64,000 nucleotides of DNA from Trueperaceae bacterium (GCA_965215565.1 CBDCDZ010000004.1:1504001-1568000), one strand, 5' to 3'. Shown: positions 1 to 10,842, counted from the first letter of the stretch. The notes: generated from the letters alone by a model not told the origin. Translations and numbers: made by a program.

Positions 1-186
1 GCTCTGTGAAGCTGAGCCGGAGAGGGAGCGCTGCCGGTCGACTGCGTACACGCGCCCTTTCGCGCCCAAGAGGTCAGCGAGCGCGCGGGTGAATACGCCC
101 GAACCCGCGCCTAAGTCAGCCCAAACGCCGCCCGCGCCGGGCGCGACGCCCGCGCGGATAAGGGAGAGCGCGTCGGCGTGCTCCAT
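1..186 (-). CDS. Class I SAM-dependent methyltransferase, N-terminal part (runs off window)
   Basis: Manual translation from ATG at 186: MEHADALSLIRAGVAPGAGGVWADLGAGSGVFTRALADLLGAKGRVYAVDR. Contains the DLGAGSG SAM motif I and a YAVD motif. Confidence 0.8.
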   Translation of the reverse strand, partial: MEHADALSLIRAGVAPGAGGVWADLGAGSGVFTRALADLLGAKGRVYAVDRQRSLSGSASQS

Positions 187-188
187 CC

Positions 189-734
189 TTAGCGTTCACG
201 AAACCTGTCATATTCGGCGGGTAGCTCGAGCCCAAACCGCTCACAGAGCGCCGCTACGTCGCGGTAATCGTCCATGTCCGGCTCGTAGCCCGTATGGAAT
301 TTGACTATCCACGCTGGTGAGATGCAGCGAACATGCTGATCCGCAATCACGCCGACGCCGGTTAGAGACTCGAGCGGATAAGGACATCCGTACATGTTAT
401 CGCCGTCTGCGTTGAAGAGGTAAGAATGAACGTCCACCATATGCCCGGCATCATCCGCCAGGACGAAGTTACACGCCCGCGTGTCGTCCCGCAAAATCTC
501 TTTGTAACTTCTGCTGCGAAGAAGCTCACGCAGCCTGGGCACGTCGCCATGCGACACCGCGATATCTAAGTCTTCATGCGCCCTCGTTTGTTCACCGAGC
601 AATGCGTCTACGCCCCAGCCGCCGTCTACGTGGGTGACGACTCCGTTATTTGTAAGAAACGCGGCGAGCGCGGCGGCGTCAGGCGCGCTCATCTCGACGT
701 TCTGCTCAGCGCGGTAGTCTTCGATAGTTTTCAT
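189..734 (-). CDS. Nucleotidyltransferase, ANT(2'')/Lnu-like family
   Basis: DGGWGVDALLGEQTRAHEDLDI motif; C-terminal KFHTGYE...D.RD. Confidence 0.8.
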   Translation of the reverse strand: MKTIEDYRAEQNVEMSAPDAAALAAFLTNNGVVTHVDGGWGVDALLGEQTRAHEDLDIAVSHGDVPRLRELLRSRSYKEILRDDTRACNFVLADDAGHMVDVHSYLFNADGDNMYGCPYPLESLTGVGVIADQHVRCISPAWIVKFHTGYEPDMDDYRDVAALCERFGLELPAEYDRFRER

Positions 735-1050
735 GGTAAAGCCTCTTATCGCGGCGCAAGGTGACAGTTAAGTGCCCGGCAGAGCAACCTCGTATAGCCT
801 TATGATAGCAGGTATCATCTGGTCAGCTACACTCTCACTAAAAAGAACATCGTCTAGCACGCACTTTCAGGGATGAAGTTCCGTTACAGCGAAGCTGTGA
901 AATCTGCGGAGAAGTGTAGCAATGATAAGTGGAACTGCTATAAGTAAGCGCAACTGTACCCATAACGTATCCATCAACTGCGCTTCGAAGTAGCGAGCAG
1001 TCTCAAGTTGAACGACTCGGGGCACGCGGCATCTGTTAAGCTACCCCTCC

Positions 1051-2256
1051 ATGCCCTCGCGCTTCGTTGTCTTCCTCGCCTTTTTGCCCGCCTACTTCCT
1101 CTCCTATTTTCTGCGCTCTACAAACGCCGTCATCGCCGAAGACCTGACGCGCGACCTCTCGCTCACCGCGTCGCAGTTGGGGCTCATGACGAGCCTTTTT
1201 TTTGCCGCGTTCGCCGCCGCGCAGCTTCCCATCGGCTCGCTCCTAGACCGCTACGGTCCGAGGTGGATGACGCCACTTCTGATGCTCTTCGCGGTGCTGG
1301 GCAGCCTCGTGTTCGGTTTCGGGGAGTCGTTCACGGCTCTGGCTGTCGGCAGGACGCTCATCGGTCTGGGCGTCGCGGGCATCTTGATGGGGGCGCTCAA
1401 GTCGTTTAGCGGCTGGTTTTCGCCTAGCAGCTTTACGAGGGTCTCGAGCCTCTACCTCTCGCTGGGCTCGCTGGGCGCACTCACCGCCGCGACACCTCTC
1501 GCCCTACTGAGTGCATCCTTCGGCTGGCGCAGCGTCTTCTTCGGCGGCGCAGCCGTGATTCTCCTGAGCGCCCTACTCATCTTATGGCTAGGGCGCGACG
1601 CGCCCACTACGGTGGAACAAACGGGTGAACAAGGCAAGGGCAGCTTCGCGGACATCTTTCGCAGCTTGGCGTTCTGGCGCGTCGCCTGTTTGAACTTCGC
1701 GCTCGTCGGCAGCTTGTTCGCCTATCAGAGCCTCTGGGCGGGACCTTTCTTGAGCGACGTGTTGGGGCTTTCCAGCGTGGCCGTCGGCAACCTCTTGCTC
1801 GTCTTGAGCGGCGGCATCACGCTGGGCTATTTCGTCGCCGGATTTTTAGGAGAACGTTTCGGCTTGGGGCGCGTGCTCGCCGTTGCTGCGCTCGTCTTCA
1901 CGCTGACGCAAGTCGGTTTGGCGCTCTTCGACTCGAGCTGGTCTCGCCCCGTCCTCACGCTCCTCTTCGCCGCCTTTAGCGTTTCGTCCGCCTTCGCCGT
2001 GCTGATGTTCGCGCAGCTTAGGACCATCTTCCCGCTGCACCTCACTGGGCGGGCGATCACAGCGGTCAACCTCTTCGGCATCGGCGGCAGCGCCCTTTTG
2101 CAGTGGGGTTTGGGGCTCCTCATCGAAGGGGTGGCGGGGAGCCAGAGCGGACCCTATCCGCCAGAGGCGTACAGCGCCGCCTTTTTCTTCACCGCCGCGC
2201 TCTCGTTCGCCGCGCTGCTCTTCTATCTGCCGCTCCTCAGGGGCGCGAAAGCGTAG
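1051..2256 (+). CDS. MFS transporter
   Basis: About 12 hydrophobic segments; motif A GSLLDRYGPR. Confidence 0.9.
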   Translation: MPSRFVVFLAFLPAYFLSYFLRSTNAVIAEDLTRDLSLTASQLGLMTSLFFAAFAAAQLPIGSLLDRYGPRWMTPLLMLFAVLGSLVFGFGESFTALAVGRTLIGLGVAGILMGALKSFSGWFSPSSFTRVSSLYLSLGSLGALTAATPLALLSASFGWRSVFFGGAAVILLSALLILWLGRDAPTTVEQTGEQGKGSFADIFRSLAFWRVACLNFALVGSLFAYQSLWAGPFLSDVLGLSSVAVGNLLLVLSGGITLGYFVAGFLGERFGLGRVLAVAALVFTLTQVGLALFDSSWSRPVLTLLFAAFSVSSAFAVLMFAQLRTIFPLHLTGRAITAVNLFGIGGSALLQWGLGLLIEGVAGSQSGPYPPEAYSAAFFFTAALSFAALLFYLPLLRGAKA

Positions 2257-2265
2257 AATCAGCTC

Positions 2266-3285
2266 ATGTCAGAAACGAAATCCGCAGCATATAAACGCGC
2301 TGGCGTTGATTTAGAGGCGAGTGAACAGACGCTAAATTTAATCAAAGACGCTGTGAAGCGCACCTACACCCCTAACGTCTTAGCAGGGCTCGGCGCGTTC
2401 GGCGGACTTTACAACGCAAATGATCTCAAGAGGTTGAATAACCCCGTGCTCGTCGCCTCGACGGACGGCGTCGGCACGAAGACGAAAGTCGCGGCGGCGT
2501 TAGGAAGAACCTATACGCTCGGCTTCGACATCGTGCACCACTGCGTGAACGATATTCTAGTGCAGGGCGCGAAACCGCTCTTTTTTTTAGATTATGTGGC
2601 GGCGGCGAGGCTCGAGCCTCCTCTCATCGCGGACCTCATCACCGGCATCGCCGAGGCGTGCGAATCGCTCGGCATTCCCCTCTTGGGCGGCGAAACCGCC
2701 GAGATGCCCGGCGTTTACGCGGAAGGCGAATTCGACTTAGTCGGCACCATCATCGGCTTAGTCGATAAAGGTAAAATCGTAGATGGCTCTCAGATTAAGC
2801 CAGGCGACAAACTTCTCGCGCTCATGTCGGGCGGCTTGCAGACGAACGGCTTCAGCTTGGCGCGGCGCGCGTTGGCGGGTAAGTTACACAATGCTTTTGG
2901 CGAAAGTGCCGTGGGCGAAACGCTGCTCACGCCGCACCGCTCGTATTTGGAAACCGTCACGCCTCTTTTGGAAAGAGGTCTCGTACGCGGCATGGCGCAC
3001 ATCACGGGCGGCGGTCTGCCGGGGAACGTGCCGCGCATCTTACCGGACGGGCTCGGCGCGAGGGTTGAAAGAGGGAGTTGGAACGTGCCAGAGATTTTTG
3101 GGCTTATTCAAAGAGAGGGTCAAGTGGATGAAGCGGAGATGTTCGACGTTTTCAACATGGGCGTCGGCTTCGTGCTCGTCGTCTCGCCTGAAGAAATTGA
3201 AGAGGTGCAGCGCTTGGCGGCGGAACCGCTTTATCTAATCGGTGAAGTCGTCGAAGGTAGCGGCGTAGAGATCAGTTATGCTTGA
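2266..3285 (+). CDS. purM: Phosphoribosylformylglycinamidine cyclo-ligase (AIR synthetase)
   Basis: YKRAGVD, STDGVGTK, GGETAEMPG, HITGGG, FNMGVG motifs. Confidence 0.97.
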   Translation: MSETKSAAYKRAGVDLEASEQTLNLIKDAVKRTYTPNVLAGLGAFGGLYNANDLKRLNNPVLVASTDGVGTKTKVAAALGRTYTLGFDIVHHCVNDILVQGAKPLFFLDYVAAARLEPPLIADLITGIAEACESLGIPLLGGETAEMPGVYAEGEFDLVGTIIGLVDKGKIVDGSQIKPGDKLLALMSGGLQTNGFSLARRALAGKLHNAFGESAVGETLLTPHRSYLETVTPLLERGLVRGMAHITGGGLPGNVPRILPDGLGARVERGSWNVPEIFGLIQREGQVDEAEMFDVFNMGVGFVLVVSPEEIEEVQRLAAEPLYLIGEVVEGSGVEISYA

Positions 3286-3382
3286 TGTTGACACGTGCGA
3301 AATAAGCCAACGCGCTGGCGAGCAAAGGAAAGGCTAGGTACGTAAGACACCTAGCCACCTCCATAGGGAGGATTTTATATAC

Positions 3383-3928
3383 CTAGAAGAAAGCAATAGC
3401 TGCTTGTAAGCAGACCACTAGCTCCTCTAGGTTTTCCTGCCGGTTAAAGATGCCGCGTACACCCCGTTTGAGGGCTCCACGGGCACGAGCGGAGACCGCA
3501 AGCGCCTCGGTGACTAAAACGGTCCTGACCTGAGGCGATGGATTTACTTCAATGCCCATCAGATGGGCTTCTATATAATCCATCTCTGAGGATTCAAGCT
3601 CAATTTGAGGTGGATACTCGCACCGCTTCTTTTCGAAACGCTCTTCGTATTCCTCTTCAAATTGAGGATAGATATCCTCAACCAGTATTTGAAGAGCGAC
3701 GGAGGTGTCCCACATCCTCTTCATGTCCTCGGGATAGTCTACCTGTTTCGATTTCAGGTATTCTTCCCAGAACTCCAGCTCTCGCCGGAGCATTTGAGCC
3801 ACAATGTCGAGCAACTCCTCCTTAGTCATTGCCTCGAGGGAGGCGTTGACCCTTTGAAGCATCACCGGATCACCGGTGGTGATTGCCACCGCTGCGTCTT
3901 TGACAAGCTTCGTAATCTTTTCGTCCAC
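3383..3928 (-). CDS. Hypothetical acidic helical protein
   Basis: 181-aa ORF filling the intergenic gap; no recognised motif. Confidence 0.5.
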   Translation of the reverse strand: MDEKITKLVKDAAVAITTGDPVMLQRVNASLEAMTKEELLDIVAQMLRRELEFWEEYLKSKQVDYPEDMKRMWDTSVALQILVEDIYPQFEEEYEERFEKKRCEYPPQIELESSEMDYIEAHLMGIEVNPSPQVRTVLVTEALAVSARARGALKRGVRGIFNRQENLEELVVCLQAAIAFF

Positions 3929-4025
3929 GGTAATGTAGTCGGTAAAGTTGACCTGTTATTTTTAGCATATTTAGCGCAGCCTCAAGACTTTAAGGATTAA
4001 ATCCTCTCAAATACCAGCTACAGAG

Positions 4026-4535
4026 CTATCGCAGAGCTATTTTGGTTGACGAAACGCAGAAGTGCACTACGCCCGCCCCGTAGAGGTCCACCGCGCACAG
4101 CTTCATACCGACTTTTTCTAACACGGCGACAGACGCCTTATTTTCCGGCACAGCCGCCCCATAAAAGGTCTTAGCAAGCTCTAACTTGAAGCCTTCCTCG
4201 AGACACGCCCGCGCCGCCTTTAGCGCCAGCCCGCGTCCCCACACCTCTTGAATGAGACCGTAGCGAAGGTCTATGTAAGAGGTATCACGGACGAACTCGA
4301 GCCCCACATAGCCAACCGTCTGCGAGTTTAGGGTCAAGAGGTACGAACCGAACCCGTGCGTTTCCCAGTGCGCGATTCTATCGCGCAAGTATCCTTCAAT
4401 CATCGCTTTGGGGTAGGGGCCTTCGTTCGGCAAGAAGCGCGTTAATATAGGGTCAGAGAGGTAAGTGCGGAAAAAGTCTAAGTCGTCAGGCGTGGGCTTG
4501 CGGTAGATGAGGGGCGGACGCTCGAGCATGGTCAA
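4026..4535 (-). CDS. GNAT acetyltransferase (RimJ/RimL-like)
   Basis: WGRGLA and NKASVAVLEKVGM motifs. Confidence 0.88.
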   Translation of the reverse strand: MTMLERPPLIYRKPTPDDLDFFRTYLSDPILTRFLPNEGPYPKAMIEGYLRDRIAHWETHGFGSYLLTLNSQTVGYVGLEFVRDTSYIDLRYGLIQEVWGRGLALKAARACLEEGFKLELAKTFYGAAVPENKASVAVLEKVGMKLCAVDLYGAGVVHFCVSSTKIALR

Positions 4536-5713
4536 GCCGCGAAGAGCCGCGCCTGTTCCGCCACCTCTTTGAGAGCGTCAGCGGTGTACTCGAGCATCTC
4601 CTCCGTCACGCCGCGCCCGAGTGAGAAGCGCACGCTCGCTTTAGCTTGGGCGTAAGGGAGCCCCATCGCCAAGAGGACGTGGCTCGGCTCCAACGTCCCA
4701 GCAGCGCACGCCGAGCCCGAACTCGCCGCGATTCCTCGGCTGTCGAGCCCCATCAGCAGCGCCTCACCATCCGCGCCCGCTACGCTGACGTTCACGTGCT
4801 TAGGACCTCTCGGCGCGTGCACCGCGTTGAGCGAGACGCCCTCGATTTGGAGGAGGCGGCGCTCTAACCTGTCTCTAAGTCTTGTGATGACCTCTTTATC
4901 TTCGTTCAGACGCGCTCGCACAAGTTCCGCCGCCTTGCCCATCCCTACGATGGCGGGCACGTTGAGCGTTCCCGCCCGTAGCCCGCGCTCCTGCTCGCCG
5001 CCCAAGAGGAAGGGGGGCAGCTCTAACCCCTCTCGCACGTAGAGTACGCCAACCCCTTTGGGTCCGTGCGCTTTGTGCCCGGAGATAGCGAGCATGTCCA
5101 CGCCCAGCGTCTTCACATCAACGTCCAGCGTACCGAACGCCTGCACCGCGTCGCAAAAGAGAAGTGCGCCCGCGTCATGAACGACGCGGCTGATAGCAGG
5201 AATGTCGGTAACGACGCCCGTCTCGTTATTCACGAGCATGAGCGCGACGAGCGCGGTGTCGGGGCGGAGGGCGTTTTTAACCGCGTCAGGGGTAATTTCG
5301 CCGTGCGCATTGGGCTTTAGGTAGGTGACAGGATGACCTTGCTGCTCCAAAACCTTGCACGTCGTCAAGACCGCCGAATGCTCCAAGGCGCTCGTGACGA
5401 TGTGCTGACCCGGCTGAAGCTGCGCCACTGCCCTTAAAGCGTGGTTGTCCGCCTCGGTTGCGCCCGAGGTGAAGATGAGTTCTTTGGGCTGCGCGCCGAG
5501 CGCTTCGGCAACCGCTTCACGCGCGCCCTCCACCGCCCGCCGCGCCCGCCGACCGTAGCCGTGCAAGCTGGACGGGTTCGCGAAGTCACCGCACATAGAG
5601 GGCAGCATCGCTTCTAAGACCTGCGGGTCCAAAGGCGTCGTCGCCGCGTAATCGAGATAAACATTCACGGATAAACCTCTCAACAAAACAAGGGGTTGCA
5701 ACCCCTTGTTCAT
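4532..5713 (-). CDS. iscS: Cysteine desulfurase (IscS/NifS); true start probably slightly downstream, at VNVYLDYAATT
   Basis: YLDYAATTP, SGHK (PLP lysine), SSGSAC (catalytic Cys). Confidence 0.93.
   Translation of the reverse strand: MNKGLQPLVLLRGLSVNVYLDYAATTPLDPQVLEAMLPSMCGDFANPSSLHGYGRRARRAVEGAREAVAEALGAQPKELIFTSGATEADNHALRAVAQLQPGQHIVTSALEHSAVLTTCKVLEQQGHPVTYLKPNAHGEITPDAVKNALRPDTALVALMLVNNETGVVTDIPAISRVVHDAGALLFCDAVQAFGTLDVDVKTLGVDMLAISGHKAHGPKGVGVLYVREGLELPPFLLGGEQERGLRAGTLNVPAIVGMGKAAELVRARLNEDKEVITRLRDRLERRLLQIEGVSLNAVHAPRGPKHVNVSVAGADGEALLMGLDSRGIAASSGSACAAGTLEPSHVLLAMGLPYAQAKASVRFSLGRGVTEEMLEYTADALKEVAEQARLFAA
5687..5710. repeat. REP-like hairpin AACAAGGGGTTGCAACCCCTTGTT; second copy at 58451-58474
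   Basis: Perfect inverted repeat; near-identical CAAGGGGTTTCAACCCCTTGTTCA at 58451. Confidence 0.6.
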
Positions 5714-5776
5714 ATTCTGGAACCTCTCACCTAAACTGATGCAAATGTAACTGAAGTGGGCTAAGCTCGGCTGAAC

Positions 5777-6223
5777 CTAATTTGCGCTCGTGAACTGTTC
5801 GGGGAGGGTCTCGAGCTGCAAAAGTTGCCGCTCCGCGACGAGGTGCGCCAGCGTCGCCCTGCCGAGCACACCCCGCACCGCCTCGTCCACGCGGTTCCAC
5901 AGCGATTCCGTCGAGCAGTGTCCGGTGTGTTCGCACGCGCTTTCGTCTTCGATGCAGGCGACGGGCGCGAGGCTGCCCTCCATCAGCTCGACGACTTCTA
6001 ATGCGGTGATTTCGTTCATAGGGCGCGCCAAGCGGTAGCCGCCGTACGCGCCGCGCACCGACTCGACGATACCCGCGCGGCGCAGCACGGCGACGATCTG
6101 CTCCAAGTAGTGCTGGCTGATGCTCTGCCGCTCCGCCACGACTTTGAGGCTCGTCGGCGCGTCGCTCAGGGCGATTTCAACAAGCGCCCGCATTCCGTAC
6201 TGTGCTCTCGTGGATACCCACAT
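5777..6223 (-). CDS. Rrf2-family regulator (IscR/CymR-like)
   Basis: YLEQI...SVRGAYGGYRLA, three Cys; directly upstream of iscS. Confidence 0.92.
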   Translation of the reverse strand: MWVSTRAQYGMRALVEIALSDAPTSLKVVAERQSISQHYLEQIVAVLRRAGIVESVRGAYGGYRLARPMNEITALEVVELMEGSLAPVACIEDESACEHTGHCSTESLWNRVDEAVRGVLGRATLAHLVAERQLLQLETLPEQFTSAN

Positions 6224-6488
6224 AGCCTCTCCTTAATTTGTAGCGTTTCCTGCGAGTATCATCTTTGAACGCGCGTGCTAGTCAATATTTATCCAAGTGA
6301 TACTAAAGTGAAGTTTAGATGTCGTACTTTTGACATCTAAACCGCGCGGATGCGCGTACCCTCAGACGCTCTCAATTTACGACATCGTTCTTTCAGTTCA
6401 GTATGAGAGCGTTTATAACCGGATGATACCCGCGACCGTCAATCTCGGGTATTCTGTAGGGAATTATACGCTATCTGCGTGCGGAGCG

Positions 6489-6872
6489 TCAAGAAATCGG
6501 AACGGTTCCGATTTCACAGGGCTCATCCAAACGGCTCTTTGCAAGCTCCACGAGTTGGCTAGGGCGAAAGGGTTTGTGGAGCGACGCGCTCTGGCGCACC
6601 TGCGTGGACGCCCGCTTGGGGCGGCGGCTCAGAAAGATGAGGGGTATGGCTGCGGTTTCGGGTGCGCCGCGCAACACCTCGGCGGGGAAGGTACCGCCCA
6701 CTTTGGGCAGCGTTCTGTCTAAAACGATGAGGTCAGGCGCAAAGGTACGCGCGAGCGAGACGCCCTCGCTCGCGGAGGCGGCGACGAGCACGTCGTAGCC
6801 TGCGGCGAGAAAGGATCGCTCGAGCCGCGCCAACAAAAACCGCTCATCGTCGATTAGAAGCACCCGTGGCAT
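6489..6872 (-). CDS. Single-domain response regulator receiver
   Basis: VLLIDDE, PDLIVLD, KPF motifs. Confidence 0.85.
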   Translation of the reverse strand: MPRVLLIDDERFLLARLERSFLAAGYDVLVAASASEGVSLARTFAPDLIVLDRTLPKVGGTFPAEVLRGAPETAAIPLIFLSRRPKRASTQVRQSASLHKPFRPSQLVELAKSRLDEPCEIGTVPIS

Positions 6873-6912
6873 GTCCTAATCTAACGCGGCAACTGTGACA
6901 CGTCTGTGCGCA

Positions 6913-7947
6913 TTACCTCTCGAGGTACCCCAGCGGGTCCGCCGCGTACCCGTTAAAGCGCAGTTCGAAGTGCAGATGAGGTCCGGTGGACGCGCCCGTG
7001 CTGCCGACTTCGCCCAACACGTCCCCCTGCTGCACCCGCTGACCTCTCGAGACCGCAACGCGGCGCATGTGTGCGTAGCGGGTCTGTGCGCCGTTCGGAT
7101 GCTCGAGGTAGACGACGTAACCGTATGAGCCGCCCCAGCCCGAGCGTGTCACAACGCCGTCTTGCACCGCGAGAATCGGCGTACCGGGAGGCGCAGCGAT
7201 GTCCACGCCCGCGTGAAAGGTGTTGCCCCGCACCGAGATATTTCTGCGCCCGAAGCGCGAACTGACGCGCCCTTTTCTCGACAAGGGCCAGATGTAATTC
7301 TGTGCGGGCGGCTTATAGTTACGCAAAAGCTGCGGCGCACGGCTGACGAGTTGGACACTCTGCGCTTGAAGTTGGGCGCGGCGCTCAGTAGTTGAAGCGG
7401 GGGCTGAAGTGGGAAGTTCTTCGTTTGGCGCGGAGGTCAACCGTGTGGTGCTCAAGGCTCGAGCCGGTAAGAACACCCGCTGACCCGCCGCCAAGCTAGA
7501 GGCGTCCGTAAAACCGTTGAGCTTAATCAGTTCTTTGGGCGAGAGGCCGTACTCGAGCGCGAGCCCCAAGAGGTTCTGCCCCGCTTCTAAAGTCGTGAGC
7601 ACGCCGCGCTGGGGTGGAATGATGAGCGTGCCGCCGGGCAGCAGCGATGCACCAGGGGTGAGATTGGGATTGACGGCTTCCAGCGTCGCCACATCTAAGT
7701 CATAGCGCGTCGCTATACTCGCCCAGGTCTCCCCCGCCCCAACCGTATGTACTTTGAACGAGGGCGGCAAGCCGGGGACGCTTGTATTCGGAAGCTGCAA
7801 AGTCTGTCCGACACGAATGACCGTGCTGTTCAAACCGTTGAGCCGCATGAGGTCAGCGACGCTCGAGTCGTAACGCGCCGCCAACGCCGCGAGCGTATCA
7901 CCAGAAACAACCGTGTGCGTTTGTGCGGACGTGATAGCGAAAGACAA
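6913..7947 (-). CDS. LysM-repeat M23 peptidase (start uncertain)
   Basis: Three LysM-like repeats; HAGVD, YAHM, STGPHLHFE. Confidence 0.92.
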   Translation of the reverse strand: MSFAITSAQTHTVVSGDTLAALAARYDSSVADLMRLNGLNSTVIRVGQTLQLPNTSVPGLPPSFKVHTVGAGETWASIATRYDLDVATLEAVNPNLTPGASLLPGGTLIIPPQRGVLTTLEAGQNLLGLALEYGLSPKELIKLNGFTDASSLAAGQRVFLPARALSTTRLTSAPNEELPTSAPASTTERRAQLQAQSVQLVSRAPQLLRNYKPPAQNYIWPLSRKGRVSSRFGRRNISVRGNTFHAGVDIAAPPGTPILAVQDGVVTRSGWGGSYGYVVYLEHPNGAQTRYAHMRRVAVSRGQRVQQGDVLGEVGSTGASTGPHLHFELRFNGYAADPLGYLER

Positions 7948-8119
7948 AAAAAAGAGGAGCAGGATGCTTATCGCAAGCCCCTTGCACCTCTTTTTAACAG
8001 TGACGTTCGTTGTGACGCCTATTGTAACAAAGGTATTCAGAACGCTAGCCCCGGAGGTAATTTTGCAGCCTAGTTCCGCTAAACAATGAGACTAAGCTGC
8101 AATCACCTCAACGCTAGCA

Positions 8120-9742
8120 TTACCCCTGACCCAAGGTTGACAAAAAGTCCGCATTGCTCTTTGTGCGCCCTAAGCGCGACAAGAGCATGTCCATCGCTTC
8201 GGCGGGGTCCATATCGCTGATGACCTTGCGCAGGAGCCACATCTTGGCTAAGACCTCTTCACCCAGGAGCAAATCTTCGCGGCGCGTGCTCGACTTCAAA
8301 ATGTCGATGGCGGGGAAGATGCGGCGCTCTTCCAAGCGGCGCGAGAGGTGCAGTTCCATGTTGCCCGTGCCCTTAAATTCCTCGAAGATAACGTCGTCCA
8401 TGCGCGAACCTGTCTCGACCAACGCCGTCGCCATGATGGACAGCGAACCGCCCCCGCGAATATTGCGCGCCGCGCCTAAAAAACGCTTAGGCCAGTGCAG
8501 CGCCGAGGAATCGAGACCGCCCGAGAGCGTGCGGCCTGTCGGCGGCGTGACCAAGTTGTTCGCTCGCGCTAAGCGCGTGATCGAATCGAGGAGAATCATC
8601 ACGTGCCCACCCTCTTCGACGATGCGGCGACTTCTCTCGTGCACGAATTCCGCCACGCGGATGTGATTCGTGGGCGGCTCGTCAAAGGTGCTCGCAATCA
8701 CCTCGACGCCCGAGACCGACTCGCGAAAGTCCGTGACCTCTTCGGGGCGCTCGTCCACTAGGAGGACGATAACGGTGATGTCAGGCTCGTTGGTGACAAC
8801 GGAGTTGGCGATCTTTTTGAGAAGCGTCGTTTTACCCGCTTTGGGCGGCGCGACGATCAGCCCACGCTGACCGCGCCCAATAGGAGCTAAGAGGTCGATG
8901 ACGCGAGCAGCAACTTCGTTTTGAGTGGTCTCTAACTGAATCCGCTCCTCGGGGAACGTCGGCACGAGGTCATCGAAACGGGGGCGCTTCGCGGCTTGGA
9001 AGGGGTCTACCCCGTTGACCGCTTCGACGCGGATGAGGGTGCCGTAGCGCTCGTTGTCACGCGGCTTGCGCGACTTGCCTAAGATCATATCGCCGGTGCG
9101 GAGCTTGAACTGCTTGATGAGCCCGGCGGAAACGATGACCGAGCGGGTGTTGTTTTGCAGCAGAGACTCCTGCAAAAAGCCGTAACCGTCACTGGAGATT
9201 TCCAGGTATCCTTTGACGAGCTTGAGCCCTTCACCCTCCGCCGAGCGCTCCAAAATCGCCACAGAGAGGTCCTCTTTGTCCATCTGGCGGTAGTCCGAGA
9301 GCCCGACCTCTTTCGCTAAGAGGTGCAACTCGGGCAAGATTTTAGACTGTAAGTCGCGGTAGTTGAGGCTCTGCCGCCGGGAGCGCTGGCTGCGCCCGCG
9401 TCCGCGCCGAGTCTGTCGCTCTTTGCTCTTGGTCTCATCGGCTTCGCCGCTCTCCGCGTCGCTCTCATCCGCCGCCTGGCTCACCTCTTCTTCGGCGCTC
9501 TCTTCGGGCTTGGGCGCTTGCTTCTTGGGGCGTCCGCGCTTTTTAGGTAGAGCCTCCGTTTGAGTTTCTACCTCTTCAGCTTGCGCTTCGGCCGCTTCAC
9601 CCACACTGCTGGTCTCATCGGTCTTTTTCTTGCGCCCGCTTCCTTTCGGACGCCCGCGCCGTTTGGGTTTTTCGGCTTCGGTCTGCTCGCTACCTTGCGC
9701 GACAGTCTCGTCCACCGTGTCCACTTCTTGTACTTTGGTCAT
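8120..9742 (-). CDS. rho: Transcription termination factor Rho with a long charged N-terminal extension
   Basis: DGYGFL, APPKAGKT, DSITRLARA, EEFKGTGNME. Confidence 0.98.
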   Translation of the reverse strand: MTKVQEVDTVDETVAQGSEQTEAEKPKRRGRPKGSGRKKKTDETSSVGEAAEAQAEEVETQTEALPKKRGRPKKQAPKPEESAEEEVSQAADESDAESGEADETKSKERQTRRGRGRSQRSRRQSLNYRDLQSKILPELHLLAKEVGLSDYRQMDKEDLSVAILERSAEGEGLKLVKGYLEISSDGYGFLQESLLQNNTRSVIVSAGLIKQFKLRTGDMILGKSRKPRDNERYGTLIRVEAVNGVDPFQAAKRPRFDDLVPTFPEERIQLETTQNEVAARVIDLLAPIGRGQRGLIVAPPKAGKTTLLKKIANSVVTNEPDITVIVLLVDERPEEVTDFRESVSGVEVIASTFDEPPTNHIRVAEFVHERSRRIVEEGGHVMILLDSITRLARANNLVTPPTGRTLSGGLDSSALHWPKRFLGAARNIRGGGSLSIMATALVETGSRMDDVIFEEFKGTGNMELHLSRRLEERRIFPAIDILKSSTRREDLLLGEEVLAKMWLLRKVISDMDPAEAMDMLLSRLGRTKSNADFLSTLGQG

Positions 9743-10429
9743 ATGCGCTCCACTCGCGCAGCGTTCCGGCTGCGGTTAGATTGATTCGGTTGGGTTAATT
9801 TCACTGCCGCGCCCGCAAAGCTCAGAAGGTGGCTAGACGCGGCGACGTTTACAAACACTGTTTCAGGCGTTGCTTTGAATAAAGTTGCAGCGAAGGGCCC
9901 ACAAGGTTTGCAAGAAAAATTCATACGTACTCCTGGTGTGTACGCCGCAAAGGTATCCGGTCCGAGTATTTTTAGCGGCACCTGGACGGGCCCCACACCT
10001 TGCAAAACAGCCGAGGGCAAACGCACTAGATAAGATGACATGTGCATTACTAAAGACTCAAACTGTACAGTATTTCGTTTATGGCTATACATATATGCCT
10101 CAAACGCTCTTAGATAGAGGGAAGTCGCGACCTGATTCGCTTGGGTTGAGTTGCCACAAGTAGATGCTATTACCACATAAGCAGTCGTCACGTGAGCGCG
10201 TAAGCCGCGCCCGTGCAAAACCTTAAACTCGGATGCTTCACCTTAACACGTCACAAAGAAAATACCAAGTTATTTAGGGATTGTCAGCGGGTATGCAGCG
10301 CAGCGTATTGACGCCGTGTAAAGAGGCTGCTACGCTCTAGTATATGCAGGTTTCCGCACGATGTAAAGCGTTCTGACGACACAATTCTTTATAGAGTTTA
10401 TAGAGGCATCTTTAGCGGAGCCTGTAAAA

Positions 10430-10765
10430 AGCGATGACGGGAACGAGTAACCGGCAGTCTGAGCGAGCAGCGAGTTGGGGACGGTGAGAGCCCAGCGGCG
10501 AAGCGTCGGCGAATATCCTCCTCGAGCTGCGTACCTAAAAGTAGCCGTTAGCCCTTAGCAATTAGGTCTTAGCCAAGAAAAGCCAACCGCTAATCGCTAC
10601 CAAGTAAGTAGCGCCGTGCTCCGCACGTCATAGCGGAAGACTTTTCGCCCGCACATGCGAGAAGTCACCGAGGTCAAGATTGCGAAATCTTGGTAAAGTT
10701 GGGTGGTATCACGCTTATCTATACTTTAGGCGTCCCAATGCTTAGCGGCGTGGGGCGCTTTTTTC
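10430..10765 (+). promoter_or_regulatory. Ile T-box riboswitch leader
   Basis: AGTA and GGTGA stem-I motifs; specifier GAAT-ATC (Ile codon at 10515-10517); T-box GGGTGGTATCACG at 10701; terminator GCGTCCCA...TGGGGCGC-TTTTTT; upstream of ileS. Confidence 0.88.
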
Positions 10766-10842
10766 TTGCTCCAAAGACAAAAGAGGTAAGAGGTGGAAAA
10801 CTAGTTTTCATCTCCAAGTTTCTCCTTTTCACTGAGGTGCGT

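Noticed and set aside
9739..10218. ORFs upstream of rho (159 aa on minus, 92 aa on plus)
   Set aside because: No motifs and atypical composition; probably leader or intergenic sequence.
10690..10842. N-terminal extension of IleRS
   Set aside because: It overlaps the T-box terminator; the RBS and family alignment favour ATG 10843.
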